Translations under genes and position numbers: made by a program | NCBI GenBank assembly: GCA_046052125.1 | Contig: JBJOMY010000009.1 | Span: 1-53,175, forward strand | Reading direction: 5' to 3' | Length of the DNA stretch: 53,175 nucleotides | Source: Cyanobacteriota bacterium | GTDB lineage: Bacteria > Cyanobacteriota > Cyanobacteriia > PCC-6307 > Cyanobiaceae | Part shown: one piece after another, positions 1 to 8,595 of the stretch | Layout of the letters: each line of letters opens with the position of its first letter | Numbering within the stretch: position 1 is the stretch's first letter | The notes under the pieces: generated by a model | Database searches by the model: none | What the model saw: only the letters and a program-made list of their open reading frames with translations | Told to the model about the DNA's origin: nothing

Positions 1-127
1 GGTTCACGGAATCCATACGCTTGTTGCTCTCGGCCACCATGGCGGAGAGAGCATCAATTTGACCTGCGTTCAGGAATTCGCCGCGGGCATCAGCCTGAGC
101 AACGACCTTGGTGAAGGCGTCGAACAT
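1..127 (-). CDS. cpcB: Phycocyanin beta subunit, 5' part (runs off the window edge)
   Basis: Manual translation from ATG at 127: [42 protein letters not shown], typical beta-phycocyanin N-terminus; AGGAG RBS just upstream. Confidence 0.93.
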   Translation of the reverse strand, partial: MFDAFTKVVAQADARGEFLNAGQIDALSAMVAESNKRMDSVN

Positions 128-222
128 TGATTAGCTCCTGTTCTCGACGTGAGTCGGGGAGAGGGGGATGAGGGGGCCAAACCGAGGAGCTGGCCGAAAC
201 CGCCTCATCGCCTGGCCCGGTC

Positions 223-276
223 ATTGTTGGACAAGCTGATGACTCCCATCAGCAGCACTTAACAAACGGTCATCTG
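223..276 (-). promoter_or_regulatory. Putative cpcB promoter: -10-like AACAAT and HLR1/RpaB-like box
   Basis: AACAAT (minus, 223-228); TTAACAAA-cg-GTCA on plus from 259, 30 nt from the -10, same spacing as at psaA. Confidence 0.4.
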
Positions 277-389
277 AAGGGGCAAAAGGCTTGCAGCGCA
301 ACGGTTCTCGGAGATGAGAACAGCCCCAAAACAAGCTGCCAAGACCTCGCTGCGCTACCGCCTGGTAGCAGCCGCCACTGCAACGCCAC

Positions 390-415
390 AAAAAAGCCCC
401 CTCCTGGGAGGGGGC
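390..415 (-). terminator. Intrinsic terminator after cpcD
   Basis: Minus strand GCCCCCTCC-CA-GGAGGGGGC inverted repeat followed by TTTTTT. Confidence 0.85.
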
Positions 416-443
416 CGGGATCAAAAGCCGTTGTGGAACTCGA

Positions 444-656
444 CTATGCGTCGATTCCGCCGCTCACGCTCACGCCGGTGATCTTGCCGCCCATGCGCTG
501 AACCAGACGCATGGTCTCGTTCATGCGGGTGTAGGGCACATTCATCACCACATCGGCGGTGCGGGAATAGTCGTTGTTGGCCAAACCGGTGACCGTGAAC
601 GACACCTGGCGGTCATTGCTGAAGCTGGTGCCGCGGTTGCCTGCAGAAACCTTCAT
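444..656 (-). CDS. cpcD: Phycocyanin rod-capping linker CpcD
   Basis: 70 aa with CpcD/ApcC motif VPYTRMNETMRLVQRMGGKITGV. Confidence 0.88.
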   Translation of the reverse strand: MKVSAGNRGTSFSNDRQVSFTVTGLANNDYSRTADVVMNVPYTRMNETMRLVQRMGGKITGVSVSGGIDA

Positions 657-691
657 CGGAGCTACGGGGTAACAGGGAGCGAAGGATCCGG

Positions 692-1537
692 TCAGTTGAC
701 CGGAGTGATGCTGGCGATCCGGCCGCCTTCGCGGTGGATCTGCTGCTGGTACTCCAGCAGTTTGTTGAAGGGAATGAAGCGCACGCGATTGCTGCGCTTG
801 TGCAGGCGGTAGTTGTTGAAACCGGTGATTTCCACACGGAAGGTGCGGCCCTCTTCGCCGGCACCCACGCCCTGACGGGTCACGCCATCGGTGCCCACCT
901 TGCGGAAGACATTGCCCTTGGCGATGGGGCTCACCACCGGCACCGGCAGCTCAGCGTGCACTGAGGGGTTGAGGCGCGACTGGTTCTTGGTGATGTCGCC
1001 CTTCACAGAGGCGGCGGCACCGCGAGCCAGCTGCAGCATGTAGGAGAACTGCAGGCCCTGCTGACCCACCGAGTAGTTCCAGCCGTGCAGGTAGGGAACA
1101 CCCTCTTCACCGAAGCGCTCTTGATACTCAGCGCTATCGAGATAGGAATCGATCTCCGCATCAAAACCCTGCTCCTGCAGGATCGTGAAGTGGTGGAGCA
1201 TCTCGGCTTTGTTCTGGGGAGCGCGGCCCAGCAGATGCTTGAAGTTGAGCTCGATGAAGCGGTAGGGGTTGGTGCTCTCGAAGAACTTCTTGCGATAGAG
1301 ACCACTCTTGGCCACCTGACGCACAAACTCACGCACGCTGAGGTAGCCGCGCTTGAACAGCGACTCAGGACCTTCCAGACGCTCGCTGGCCATCACGTAC
1401 TGATTGCCGAGCACCTGCTGATACACAGCGCGGATGAGCGCAACCTTGTCGCCTGAAGAACCGGTGGTCCAGTTCTCGTTGACGCGGTTGTTGGCATAAC
1501 GCTCGATGCCCAGATAGGCAGCGTTGGCGAGGGTCAT
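692..1537 (-). CDS. cpcC: Phycocyanin rod linker CpcC
   Basis: N-terminal linker domain (IRAVYQQVLGN, SVREFVRQVAKS, FKHLLGRAP, YLDSAEYQERFGE) plus C-terminal CpcD-like domain (QQIHREGGRIASITPV). Confidence 0.88.
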   Translation of the reverse strand: MTLANAAYLGIERYANNRVNENWTTGSSGDKVALIRAVYQQVLGNQYVMASERLEGPESLFKRGYLSVREFVRQVAKSGLYRKKFFESTNPYRFIELNFKHLLGRAPQNKAEMLHHFTILQEQGFDAEIDSYLDSAEYQERFGEEGVPYLHGWNYSVGQQGLQFSYMLQLARGAAASVKGDITKNQSRLNPSVHAELPVPVVSPIAKGNVFRKVGTDGVTRQGVGAGEEGRTFRVEITGFNNYRLHKRSNRVRFIPFNKLLEYQQQIHREGGRIASITPVN

Positions 1538-1637
1538 GGGGCTACGGGAGGCGGGCTTTGGACGGCTTGCTTGGGAGGGCGTGCCTGAAAAGGAAGACGC
1601 ACCGAACGGCTACCAGCGCAGTTGGTGCCTGAGCCGG

Positions 1638-1726
1638 ATCCTATGGGTGCCGATTGGCATCCTTCGAGGCCTTTCAGAAACGTTACAAAAATCAGCCCTG
1701 GCGGCCGCGCTCAGGGCCGATACCAT
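1638..1726. promoter_or_regulatory. Divergent cpcC / unknown-ORF promoter region with HLR1-like direct repeat
   Basis: TAGGAT (minus, 1638-1643), TTTCAGAA-ac-GTTACAAA (1672-1689), TACCAT (plus, 1721-1726). Confidence 0.5.
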
Positions 1727-1753
1727 CCGGCCAAATCCTTTTCGGCTACAGGC

Positions 1754-2176
1754 ATGTCTGCCAGCGCATCCCCTGCCAACGGATCGTTGCAACTCAGGCT
1801 CAGCGAGCAGCTGCAGGCCCTGAGCCTGGTGGGCGAAACCCTCACCCTGCGCCTGCTGGAACTGGAGGAGCGGCTGGCAGGCCTCGAGGCTCAACTGGAG
1901 GGCCTGCATCAACAGCAGAGCAGCTCCGCCTCCAGCGAATCCACCGATGTGCTGGCCGCCACGGAAGAGCGCATCGCCCGGCTGGAAGACCTCCTCAATG
2001 AGCAGTCCCCAGCTCGGCAGCCTCAAGGGCTGAGCTCCAGCGCCACGGTGCATCCCCTGCATCGGCCCAACGCTGAAGCTGTTGTGGAGGCGGACGAGTT
2101 CAACGAACCCGAGCTGGAGCTGCACCCCTTCCCGGAGGAAGAGGAACAGCCCTTTATGGATGAGCTCAGCGCTTGA
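1754..2176 (+). CDS. Hypothetical coiled-coil protein with acidic C-terminus (pigment-region unknown)
   Basis: ATG at 1754 just after a -10-like TACCAT; heptad segments LRLLELEERLAGLEAQL and TEERIARLEDLL; coding-like codon usage. ORF track start 1622 overlaps the cpcC promoter region. Confidence 0.75.
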   Translation: MSASASPANGSLQLRLSEQLQALSLVGETLTLRLLELEERLAGLEAQLEGLHQQQSSSASSESTDVLAATEERIARLEDLLNEQSPARQPQGLSSSATVHPLHRPNAEAVVEADEFNEPELELHPFPEEEEQPFMDELSA

Positions 2177-2204
2177 ACGCAGCGCCTAATCAGTGCGCCT
2201 GAGC

Positions 2205-2951
2205 TCAGCCGGCGGAACCGGTGCCGAGCATGGCGCCTGCGGAGGTGAGCAGCACCCGCAGCACTTCCAGGCCACCGATCGCAGCCAGGGCCAGCCAGAT
2301 CGTTTGCGCCAGCTTGGGGGGCTGACCGCCCACCCAGGCGGGCGACATCTGACCGCCACTGAACTGGGCGCCACCACCGGCGAAGGGGTTGGCAGGCGCG
2401 CGGCGGGCGCTGATGTCACGCCAGTAGGCGCTGTAGCGGGGAGCCTGCTGGTTGAAGGGGAGTTGCGGCTTGGCGTGACCCACCAGCACCCGTGAGCGCT
2501 GATAGGGAATGGTGTCGAGCCCGAAGTTGTCGAGATACTCATCGGAGCTGAGCAGGGCATCCACGAAACCCTCCAGCCCCTGGTTGGCGATCACGATCGA
2601 CCAGGCGATGCGCTCCTGATCACCGTGCACCTCGCGGCCGAGCACGCGGCCCACGATCTGCTCCACCACCCGGTAATTGCTGTTGCAGCGGTAGAACCCC
2701 TCACGGAACTTGCGTGAGAGCAACAGCCCACGCACAAAATCGCGGGCGGTGAGATCACCGTTGCGGAATTGCATCTCCAGCATCGGCTCGCGATCCACCT
2801 TGAAGGCGTGGAAGAAGATCTGGCGATAGGCACGCTCGATCCGCTCGTCCACGTCCACCTGGGTGCGGGGAGCTTCATCGGTGCCGATGCTGAAGTTGTT
2901 CACCCGGGCGTTCTGGGTGATCGGCTTGGTGGCCAGCAACGGAAGGGCCAT
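2205..2951 (-). CDS. cpcL: Rod-core/rod-membrane linker of CpcG family with hydrophobic tail (CpcL/CpcG2)
   Basis: MALPLL start, IERAYRQIFFH, CNSNYRVVEQIVGRVLGR, LPFNQQAPRYSAYWR CpcG motifs; C-terminal hydrophobic IWLALAAIGGLEVLRVLL. Confidence 0.85.
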   Translation of the reverse strand: MALPLLATKPITQNARVNNFSIGTDEAPRTQVDVDERIERAYRQIFFHAFKVDREPMLEMQFRNGDLTARDFVRGLLLSRKFREGFYRCNSNYRVVEQIVGRVLGREVHGDQERIAWSIVIANQGLEGFVDALLSSDEYLDNFGLDTIPYQRSRVLVGHAKPQLPFNQQAPRYSAYWRDISARRAPANPFAGGGAQFSGGQMSPAWVGGQPPKLAQTIWLALAAIGGLEVLRVLLTSAGAMLGTGSAG

Positions 2952-3062
2952 GGCAAGGGAAAAACCAGCGCCGAAGTTATCGATGGCGCCCCGCTCAGGA
3001 TCACGCGGAGCCCAAGCCCTCACACAGCTTTACCTCGCTGCTGCGTCAACGCCGCCGCTCAA

Positions 3063-3656
3063 TCAGGCCGCCAACCAGTGCGCCGGGAGTTCGTGGCTGT
3101 AATCGTGGGTGCGCTCGAATTCAAACGGACCCGCCAGCGATCCCCACAGCTGTTCATGGGTGGCTGGATCGTGACCGCGATCAATGGTGCGCATGCCGCG
3201 GCCACTCAGCTCAAAGCTGCTCACCAGATAAGACAGCGCTCCTTTGCGCTCCACCATGCACTTGCAGCCCGGCTCCACCTCACCGATGAAGCCATCGCTG
3301 GTTTCACGCACCACATAGGCGCAGCCCTCGAGGGGCTTGAGATCAGCGGCGGTGATCAGCGCCCGCTTGGCTGCATCATCCACGGCGCCCCAGAAACGCT
3401 GCTCATCGGCGATGGCCTGATTGGTGATGAGCAGCTCCGAACCCCGCTGCTCAGCCCGCAGCACCCGCAGCCGGTAGGGGGCCGCCGGGTTGATGGCATA
3501 CGACTGATCCAGTAGCAGCGAGCCCGGCTCCAGCTGAGGCAGGGGCCGGAACTTCACCAGGATGTGGGCGTACAGCGGCGGATTGTCGAAAGCCTGCTGC
3601 TGATTGCTGAAACCAGCGCTCAACTGGCGCAGCAGACGAGCGAGGGGGCTGGACAT
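3063..3656 (-). CDS. cpcT: T-type phycobiliprotein lyase (CpcT/CpeT family)
   Basis: FSNQQQAFDNPPLYAHI, PYRLRV, EPGCKCMVER, DRGHDP..QLWGS motifs. Confidence 0.88.
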   Translation of the reverse strand: MSSPLARLLRQLSAGFSNQQQAFDNPPLYAHILVKFRPLPQLEPGSLLLDQSYAINPAAPYRLRVLRAEQRGSELLITNQAIADEQRFWGAVDDAAKRALITAADLKPLEGCAYVVRETSDGFIGEVEPGCKCMVERKGALSYLVSSFELSGRGMRTIDRGHDPATHEQLWGSLAGPFEFERTHDYSHELPAHWLAA

Positions 3657-3695
3657 CGCTGAATGCAGGAGATGCGCCGGATCCTATGGGGCGGA

Positions 3696-3932
3696 TCAGA
3701 GCCCCAGCAGACGGATGCGGAAATCAGCCACTTGATCCGCCATGGCGGGGTTGCTGAGCATGAACGGGTGATCCGCGCAGGCCTCGAGCGCCTGCTGCTT
3801 CTTCTCGGCGCTGCTCAAGCTGGCGGCATCAGCGCGGCCAAGCAGCTGCTGCCAAGCGGCATCGAACACCATGGCGAAGCTGTCGGCGTTATCGAACAGC
3901 TGGCCAGCCTTCTCAGGAATCCGAATCGGCAT
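3696..3932 (-). CDS. Small conserved hypothetical protein next to tRNA-Phe (78 aa)
   Basis: ATG at 3932 gives MPIRIPEKAGQLFDNADSFAMVFDAAW...HPF...QVADFRIRLLGL; longer track start overlaps the tRNA. Confidence 0.75.
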   Translation of the reverse strand: MPIRIPEKAGQLFDNADSFAMVFDAAWQQLLGRADAASLSSAEKKQQALEACADHPFMLSNPAMADQVADFRIRLLGL

Positions 3933-3980
3933 GGTGGCTGGGTTGCCGGAGGTTGAAAGCGCTGATCCGCGCCTTTGCAA

Positions 3981-4053
3981 TGCCAGGACCCAGATTTGAA
4001 CTGGGGACACGGCGATTTTCAATCGCCTGCTCTACCAACTGAGCTATCCCGGC
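3981..4053 (-). tRNA. trnF: tRNA-Phe (GAA)
   Basis: GCCGGGATAGCTCAGTTGGTAGAGCAGGCGATTGAAAATCGCCGTGTCCCCAGTTCAAATCTGGGTCCTGGCA; anticodon arm GGCGA-TTGAAAA-TCGCC; CCA not encoded. Confidence 0.97.
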
Positions 4054-4078
4054 CCGTCGCCGTAGCGACCTGCGGATC

Positions 4079-4750
4079 TTAGATCACGGCGGGAAAGCGA
4101 TGCCGCCCGGGAGCTGGGGTTCGGGCCAGCGCCAGCAGCCCCTGCACCGCATGACCAGCCGTGGCGAGGGCGTCAGCGGCGGCGCAGGCGGTGGCACCGG
4201 TGGTGAGGATGTCGTCCACCAGCCACAGGGGCCGAGGCGCTGGATCTCGGCAGGCGAGAGCAGCGAAAGCCTTGTGGAGGTTTGAGCGGCGCAGGCTGCG
4301 GCCCAGATGGTGCTGCCCCAGCGTGGGACGGGTGCGCCAGAGCAGTGCTGGAGCCAGCTCGGCCGCCCCTCCGGAAGCGGCCACCAAAGCCTGTGCCACC
4401 AGCAGGGGCAATGGATTACCGGCTCGCTTCCAGCTGGGCACCGGCACCACCAGGGCCCCGGACAACACCGAAGCGCAGCAGCTGTGCAGCCGTGTGCCGA
4501 GGGCCGTGATCAACGCCGGATCAACCGTTGGGCGTTGCCGCAGCAACAGCGCCCGCAGCGAGCCGGCGTAGGGAGCCAGGGCACACCAGAGCAGTGGCTG
4601 ATCCCCCTGCAGTCCGCCCTCCGGCAGGGCGAGTTGCCCATGGCAGCGCTTGCAGAAATCACCGACGCCCGCCTCGATCGGACCACTGCAGGCGCGGCAA
4701 CGGGCTGCACTGATGAGATCGAGCGTCTGGCGCCAGAGGAAGAACCACAT
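4079..4750 (-). CDS. comF: ComF family competence protein (zinc finger + PRTase domain)
   Basis: CRAC...CKRC N-terminal Cys pairs, VVPVP, LVDDILTTGAT PRPP motif. Confidence 0.88.
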   Translation of the reverse strand: MWFFLWRQTLDLISAARCRACSGPIEAGVGDFCKRCHGQLALPEGGLQGDQPLLWCALAPYAGSLRALLLRQRPTVDPALITALGTRLHSCCASVLSGALVVPVPSWKRAGNPLPLLVAQALVAASGGAAELAPALLWRTRPTLGQHHLGRSLRRSNLHKAFAALACRDPAPRPLWLVDDILTTGATACAAADALATAGHAVQGLLALARTPAPGRHRFPAVI

Positions 4751-4801
4751 GGCCGATGGGCTGCTTCCAAGAGCATTCCCCGCGGCCCCTGGCTACAGCC
4801 T

Positions 4802-5071
4802 TCAGGTCTGGGGCATCGCCCGGAGCATCGCAACCAGGGTGCGATGGGCGTCTTCGCTGTCGCTGAGGGTGTGATCGAAGGCCACATCCAGGCGTTGGCC
4901 GTCCACATCAAGCTCCATCGCCTCCGGGCGCACGGCCACCATCCGCGCCTGCTGTGGAGCCTCCACACCGCCGTAGTGGCGGGCGTAGGCCAACACCGCC
5001 TCGGCGTGGTCGTCGTTCATGTGCTTGCAGATGCGCTCGCTGACGGCACTGGTGAGGGGATCGGCGGCCAT
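4802..5071 (-). CDS. DUF2470 (GluBP/HugZ N-terminal-like) standalone protein, probable heme-binding
   Basis: RICKHMNDDHAEAV and FDH..L.D..DAH..LV.M motifs. Confidence 0.85.
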   Translation of the reverse strand: MAADPLTSAVSERICKHMNDDHAEAVLAYARHYGGVEAPQQARMVAVRPEAMELDVDGQRLDVAFDHTLSDSEDAHRTLVAMLRAMPQT

Positions 5072-5110
5072 GGGTGGTGTGGCAGGGGAAGTGGGCCCGA
5101 TTCTGGGGGC

Positions 5111-5230
5111 TCAGGCCACACCGAAGCGCTGCCAGAGCAGCAAGGCCAACCGCACACCGGAAAAGCCCACATAGCCGGCGAGCACCACGAACAGCGCCAT
5201 GGCCAACCAATCACGCAGGCGGGAGTTCAT
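5111..5230 (-). CDS. 39-aa single-pass membrane peptide
   Basis: [42 protein letters not shown] overlaps the upstream kinase stop (ATGA). Confidence 0.6.
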   Translation of the reverse strand: MNSRLRDWLAMALFVVLAGYVGFSGVRLALLLWQRFGVA

Positions 5231-6507
5231 CGTGCGGCCACAGCGGAGATGGCCAGTCTGGCCATACCAAGAGCAGCGCTGCACTGAGGGCGGTTGAGCA
5301 CAGGTCGCTCCAAAACACGCTGGCGAATCGCGCGCCATTGCGGATTGCGGGCACCGCCGCCAAGGCTGATCACCCGCTGCACCGGAGGCGCACCGAGCTG
5401 CTGCAGGCGCTGCCAGCCCGCCAGCTCAATCGCTGCCAGCCCTTCGAGCAGCGCTTGGAGATACAGGGCATCACTCACCGGCCGAGGCTCGAGCACCGGC
5501 GCCAGCGCCGGATCATCCACCGGGAACCGCTCGCCGGACCTGGGCAGGGGCCGCAGCTGCAAGCCACTACTGCGGCGTGGATCGATCTGGCGGCTGAGCT
5601 CCATCAATTGGGCATCCGTGAAGAAGCGGCGCAGCACGCCAGCCCCGGCATTGGAAGCGCCGCCCACCAGCCACCGCCCCGCCACCCGCTGACAACTCAC
5701 TCCCGGGCCCTGCAGTGGCTGATCGCTGAATTGCTTGAGCACCAAGGTGGTGCCAAGCACGGTCACGCCGTCGCCCGGCTGCAGATCAGCCGCCAAGGCA
5801 GCGGCGCTGGCATCGGTGGTGCCCGCCACCACCGCGCAATCCAGGGGTAGCTCCAGTAAGGCGGCGGCGGCAGGGCTGAGCGGGCCGAGCACTTGGCCCG
5901 AGGCACAGATCTGCGGCAGCGCGGCGCTCCAGCGCTGCTCCGCCAGGCGGCCCATCCAGGCGCCCTGGTGCTGATCCCAGCCCAGGCGGAGATTGTTGCC
6001 CTCCTCGCCCCAGCGCCAGTCGCCCAGCAGCCAACCCATCAGCCAGTCGGCCTGATGGCGCAGCCACCAGGGGCCCGCTTCGGGGCGCTGGCGAGCCTGC
6101 TCCAGCAAGCGAAGCGCCCGAGCCAGACTTCCGCTGGCACTAGCGGCGGGCGTCTGCGCCCAGGCTTCACCCACCAGAGCCGCCGCCGCTTCAGCCCATT
6201 CAGGGCAGGCCAGGTGATACGGCAGCGCCCGGGCCAAGGCGCCCGAGCCCAGACCGCCATCCGGGCGGCAGAGCAGCAGGGTGCCGGAGGTGCCATCGAT
6301 GGCGATGGCGGCCACCGCCGCCCTGAGATCGCCGGGCAACTCACTGCACAAGGCACGCAACCCATCGCGCCAGCCGCAGGGATCTTCAAACGCCGCGGGG
6401 TAGTTGGCGCTGAGCTCCGCCTGAAGCTGGCCGGCGGCATTCACCACCGCCAGCCGCAGGCCGCTTGTGCCTAGGTCAATGCCTAGGCCGAGCCGTTCAG
6501 GCAGCAA
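5227..6507 (-). CDS. FGGY-family carbohydrate kinase (D-ribulose/xylulose kinase-like)
   Basis: [45 protein letters not shown] motifs. Confidence 0.88.
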   Translation of the reverse strand: MLPERLGLGIDLGTSGLRLAVVNAAGQLQAELSANYPAAFEDPCGWRDGLRALCSELPGDLRAAVAAIAIDGTSGTLLLCRPDGGLGSGALARALPYHLACPEWAEAAAALVGEAWAQTPAASASGSLARALRLLEQARQRPEAGPWWLRHQADWLMGWLLGDWRWGEEGNNLRLGWDQHQGAWMGRLAEQRWSAALPQICASGQVLGPLSPAAAALLELPLDCAVVAGTTDASAAALAADLQPGDGVTVLGTTLVLKQFSDQPLQGPGVSCQRVAGRWLVGGASNAGAGVLRRFFTDAQLMELSRQIDPRRSSGLQLRPLPRSGERFPVDDPALAPVLEPRPVSDALYLQALLEGLAAIELAGWQRLQQLGAPPVQRVISLGGGARNPQWRAIRQRVLERPVLNRPQCSAALGMARLAISAVAAR

Positions 6508-7765
6508 CGCGGCTGGCGGTGGCCTGCTTCAGGGTTGCGGCGATCGCCTCCACGTTCTCCCAGGGGAGGTTGAGGTCGCTGCGGCCGAAGTGGCCGTAGG
6601 CGGCCACATCTTGGTAGAAGCGGCCACCGCGCTGCTGGGGCAGCTGGCGCAGGCCGAAGGTTTCGATGATCGCGCCGGGGCGCAGATCGAAATGCTCCTG
6701 CACCAGGGCGGTGAGATCGGCGTTGCTGATGGCGCCGGTGCCGAAGCTCTCCACCAGGATGCTCACCGGCTTGGCCACGCCGATGGCGTAGCTCAGCTGT
6801 ACCTCAGCCTTGCGGGCCAGGCCAGCGGCCACGAGGGCTTTGGCCACATAACGGGCGGCGTAGGCGGCGGAGCGGTCCACCTTGGTGGGATCTTTGCCGG
6901 AGAAGGCACCGCCACCGTGGCGGGCGTAGCCGCCGTAGGTGTCCACAATGATCTTGCGGCCGGTGAGGCCGGCATCGCCCTGGGGGCCGCCCACCACGAA
7001 CTTGCCGGTGGGGTTCACCAGGAAGCGGGTGCTGTCTTTGGCGGGCTTGAGGCTCAGATCAGCAGTCGCAGGCTCCACCACGTGCTGCCAGAGATCGGCG
7101 GAGATGCGCTCGCGCAGGGCCTTCTCCTCGGAGATGCCGTCAATTTCAGCGGTGTGCTGGGTGGAGATCAGGATCGTGTCGATCGCCACGGGCTGGTCGT
7201 TTTCGTAGACCACGCTCACCTGGGTTTTGCCATCGGGCAGCAGATAGCCGAGGGTGCCGTTGTGGCGCACTTCCGCCAGGCGCCGCGCCAGGCGGTGGGC
7301 CAGGCTGATCGGCAGCGGCATCAGCTCCGGCGTTTCATCGCAGGCATAGCCGAACATGATGCCCTGATCCCCCGCGCCTACCAGATCGAGGGGATCACCG
7401 GCGTGGTCATCAGCCTCATTCACCCCCTGGGCGATATCAGGCGACTGTTGATCCAGGGCCACGAGCACCGCGCAGCTGTTGGCATCGAAGCCACCGGCGC
7501 GGGCGCCGCTGTAGCCGATCTTGTCGATCACACCGCGCACCAGGGTGTTGAAATCGACCCGCGCGGTGGTGGTGACCTCACCGGTGATCAGGCAGAGACC
7601 AGTGTTCACCACGGTTTCGCAGGCCACCCGGGAAGCAGGATCCTGGGCGAGCAGTGCGTCGAGCACGGCATCGCTCACCTGATCACAGATCTTGTCGGGG
7701 TGACCTTCGGTCACCGATTCCGAGGTGAACACGTAGCGCGATGGCGCCCCGGCGGTGCTGCTCAT
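6497..7765 (-). CDS. metK: S-adenosylmethionine synthetase
   Basis: [35 protein letters not shown] signatures. Confidence 0.98.
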   Translation of the reverse strand: MSSTAGAPSRYVFTSESVTEGHPDKICDQVSDAVLDALLAQDPASRVACETVVNTGLCLITGEVTTTARVDFNTLVRGVIDKIGYSGARAGGFDANSCAVLVALDQQSPDIAQGVNEADDHAGDPLDLVGAGDQGIMFGYACDETPELMPLPISLAHRLARRLAEVRHNGTLGYLLPDGKTQVSVVYENDQPVAIDTILISTQHTAEIDGISEEKALRERISADLWQHVVEPATADLSLKPAKDSTRFLVNPTGKFVVGGPQGDAGLTGRKIIVDTYGGYARHGGGAFSGKDPTKVDRSAAYAARYVAKALVAAGLARKAEVQLSYAIGVAKPVSILVESFGTGAISNADLTALVQEHFDLRPGAIIETFGLRQLPQQRGGRFYQDVAAYGHFGRSDLNLPWENVEAIAATLKQATASRVAA

Positions 7766-7797
7766 TCGCTCAGCGGGTAGGCAAATAGCTCACCACC

Positions 7798-8589
7798 CTA
7801 CGGGCCCGAGAGGCTGAGCTCACTCCAGCTGTGGATCAGCGGATGGGGCTCCGCCAACGGCGGTGGGCTGCTCCAAGCCGCGGTGTAGCCCAGGGCCAGC
7901 TGATGGGGAATCCCCGCCGCCACCGCCATGCGCAGATCGCTGTTGGCGTCGCCGATCAGAGCGCAGCGCGATGGGCGCACGCCCAACTGCTCGCACAGGC
8001 CATGCACCGCAGCCGGATCCGGTTTGCGGGGGCGATGCTCGGCGCTCCACAAACCAGCAAAGAAGGCCCCGAGCTGATGACTGGCCAGGAAATGCTCGAT
8101 GCCGGCCATGTCGTCATTGCTGATCACGGCGCACACCACCCCGGCGGCTTGGAGTTGCTGCAGCCAATGGCGCAGCCCCTCGGTGGTGGTGCTGGTGGCA
8201 GCGGCCTGATCCGCGGCGCGGCGCGCATCGAGCTGATCGGCCTCCAGAAACACCCGCTCACTTAGGGCCAAGGCTTCGGGCCAGCCCATGCCCACCTGCA
8301 CCAGAGCGGTGGCGGTGGCGATCAGGTTGTGATCACGGCTAGCCACCGCCGTGATGCCCGCCGGACAGATCGCCTCTGAACGCAGGCCGTAGGCCCGCTC
8401 CAACAGCGGCTGCAACTCGAGCCGAGCCGCTGGCTCAAGGGCCGGTGCTGCCTGCTCAAGGCAAAGAAAAACCCTGGCCTTGGCCAGGGTGAGGAGCTGG
8501 GGCTCACTGATGCTGAGGGTGCCGTCCTTGTCGAACAGCACCGCATCCACATCGCCAAGCACCGTGCCGCGTAATTGCAGGCACACCAT
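7798..8589 (-). CDS. HAD-superfamily hydrolase
   Basis: FDKDGTL (motif I), SND, KPDP, IGDANSD. Confidence 0.88.
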   Translation of the reverse strand: MVCLQLRGTVLGDVDAVLFDKDGTLSISEPQLLTLAKARVFLCLEQAAPALEPAARLELQPLLERAYGLRSEAICPAGITAVASRDHNLIATATALVQVGMGWPEALALSERVFLEADQLDARRAADQAAATSTTTEGLRHWLQQLQAAGVVCAVISNDDMAGIEHFLASHQLGAFFAGLWSAEHRPRKPDPAAVHGLCEQLGVRPSRCALIGDANSDLRMAVAAGIPHQLALGYTAAWSSPPPLAEPHPLIHSWSELSLSGP

Positions 8590-8595
8590 GAGGGA

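Noticed and set aside
221..424. 67-aa ORF between cpcD and cpcB
   Set aside because: Runs through a terminator and probable cpcB promoter; no coding character.
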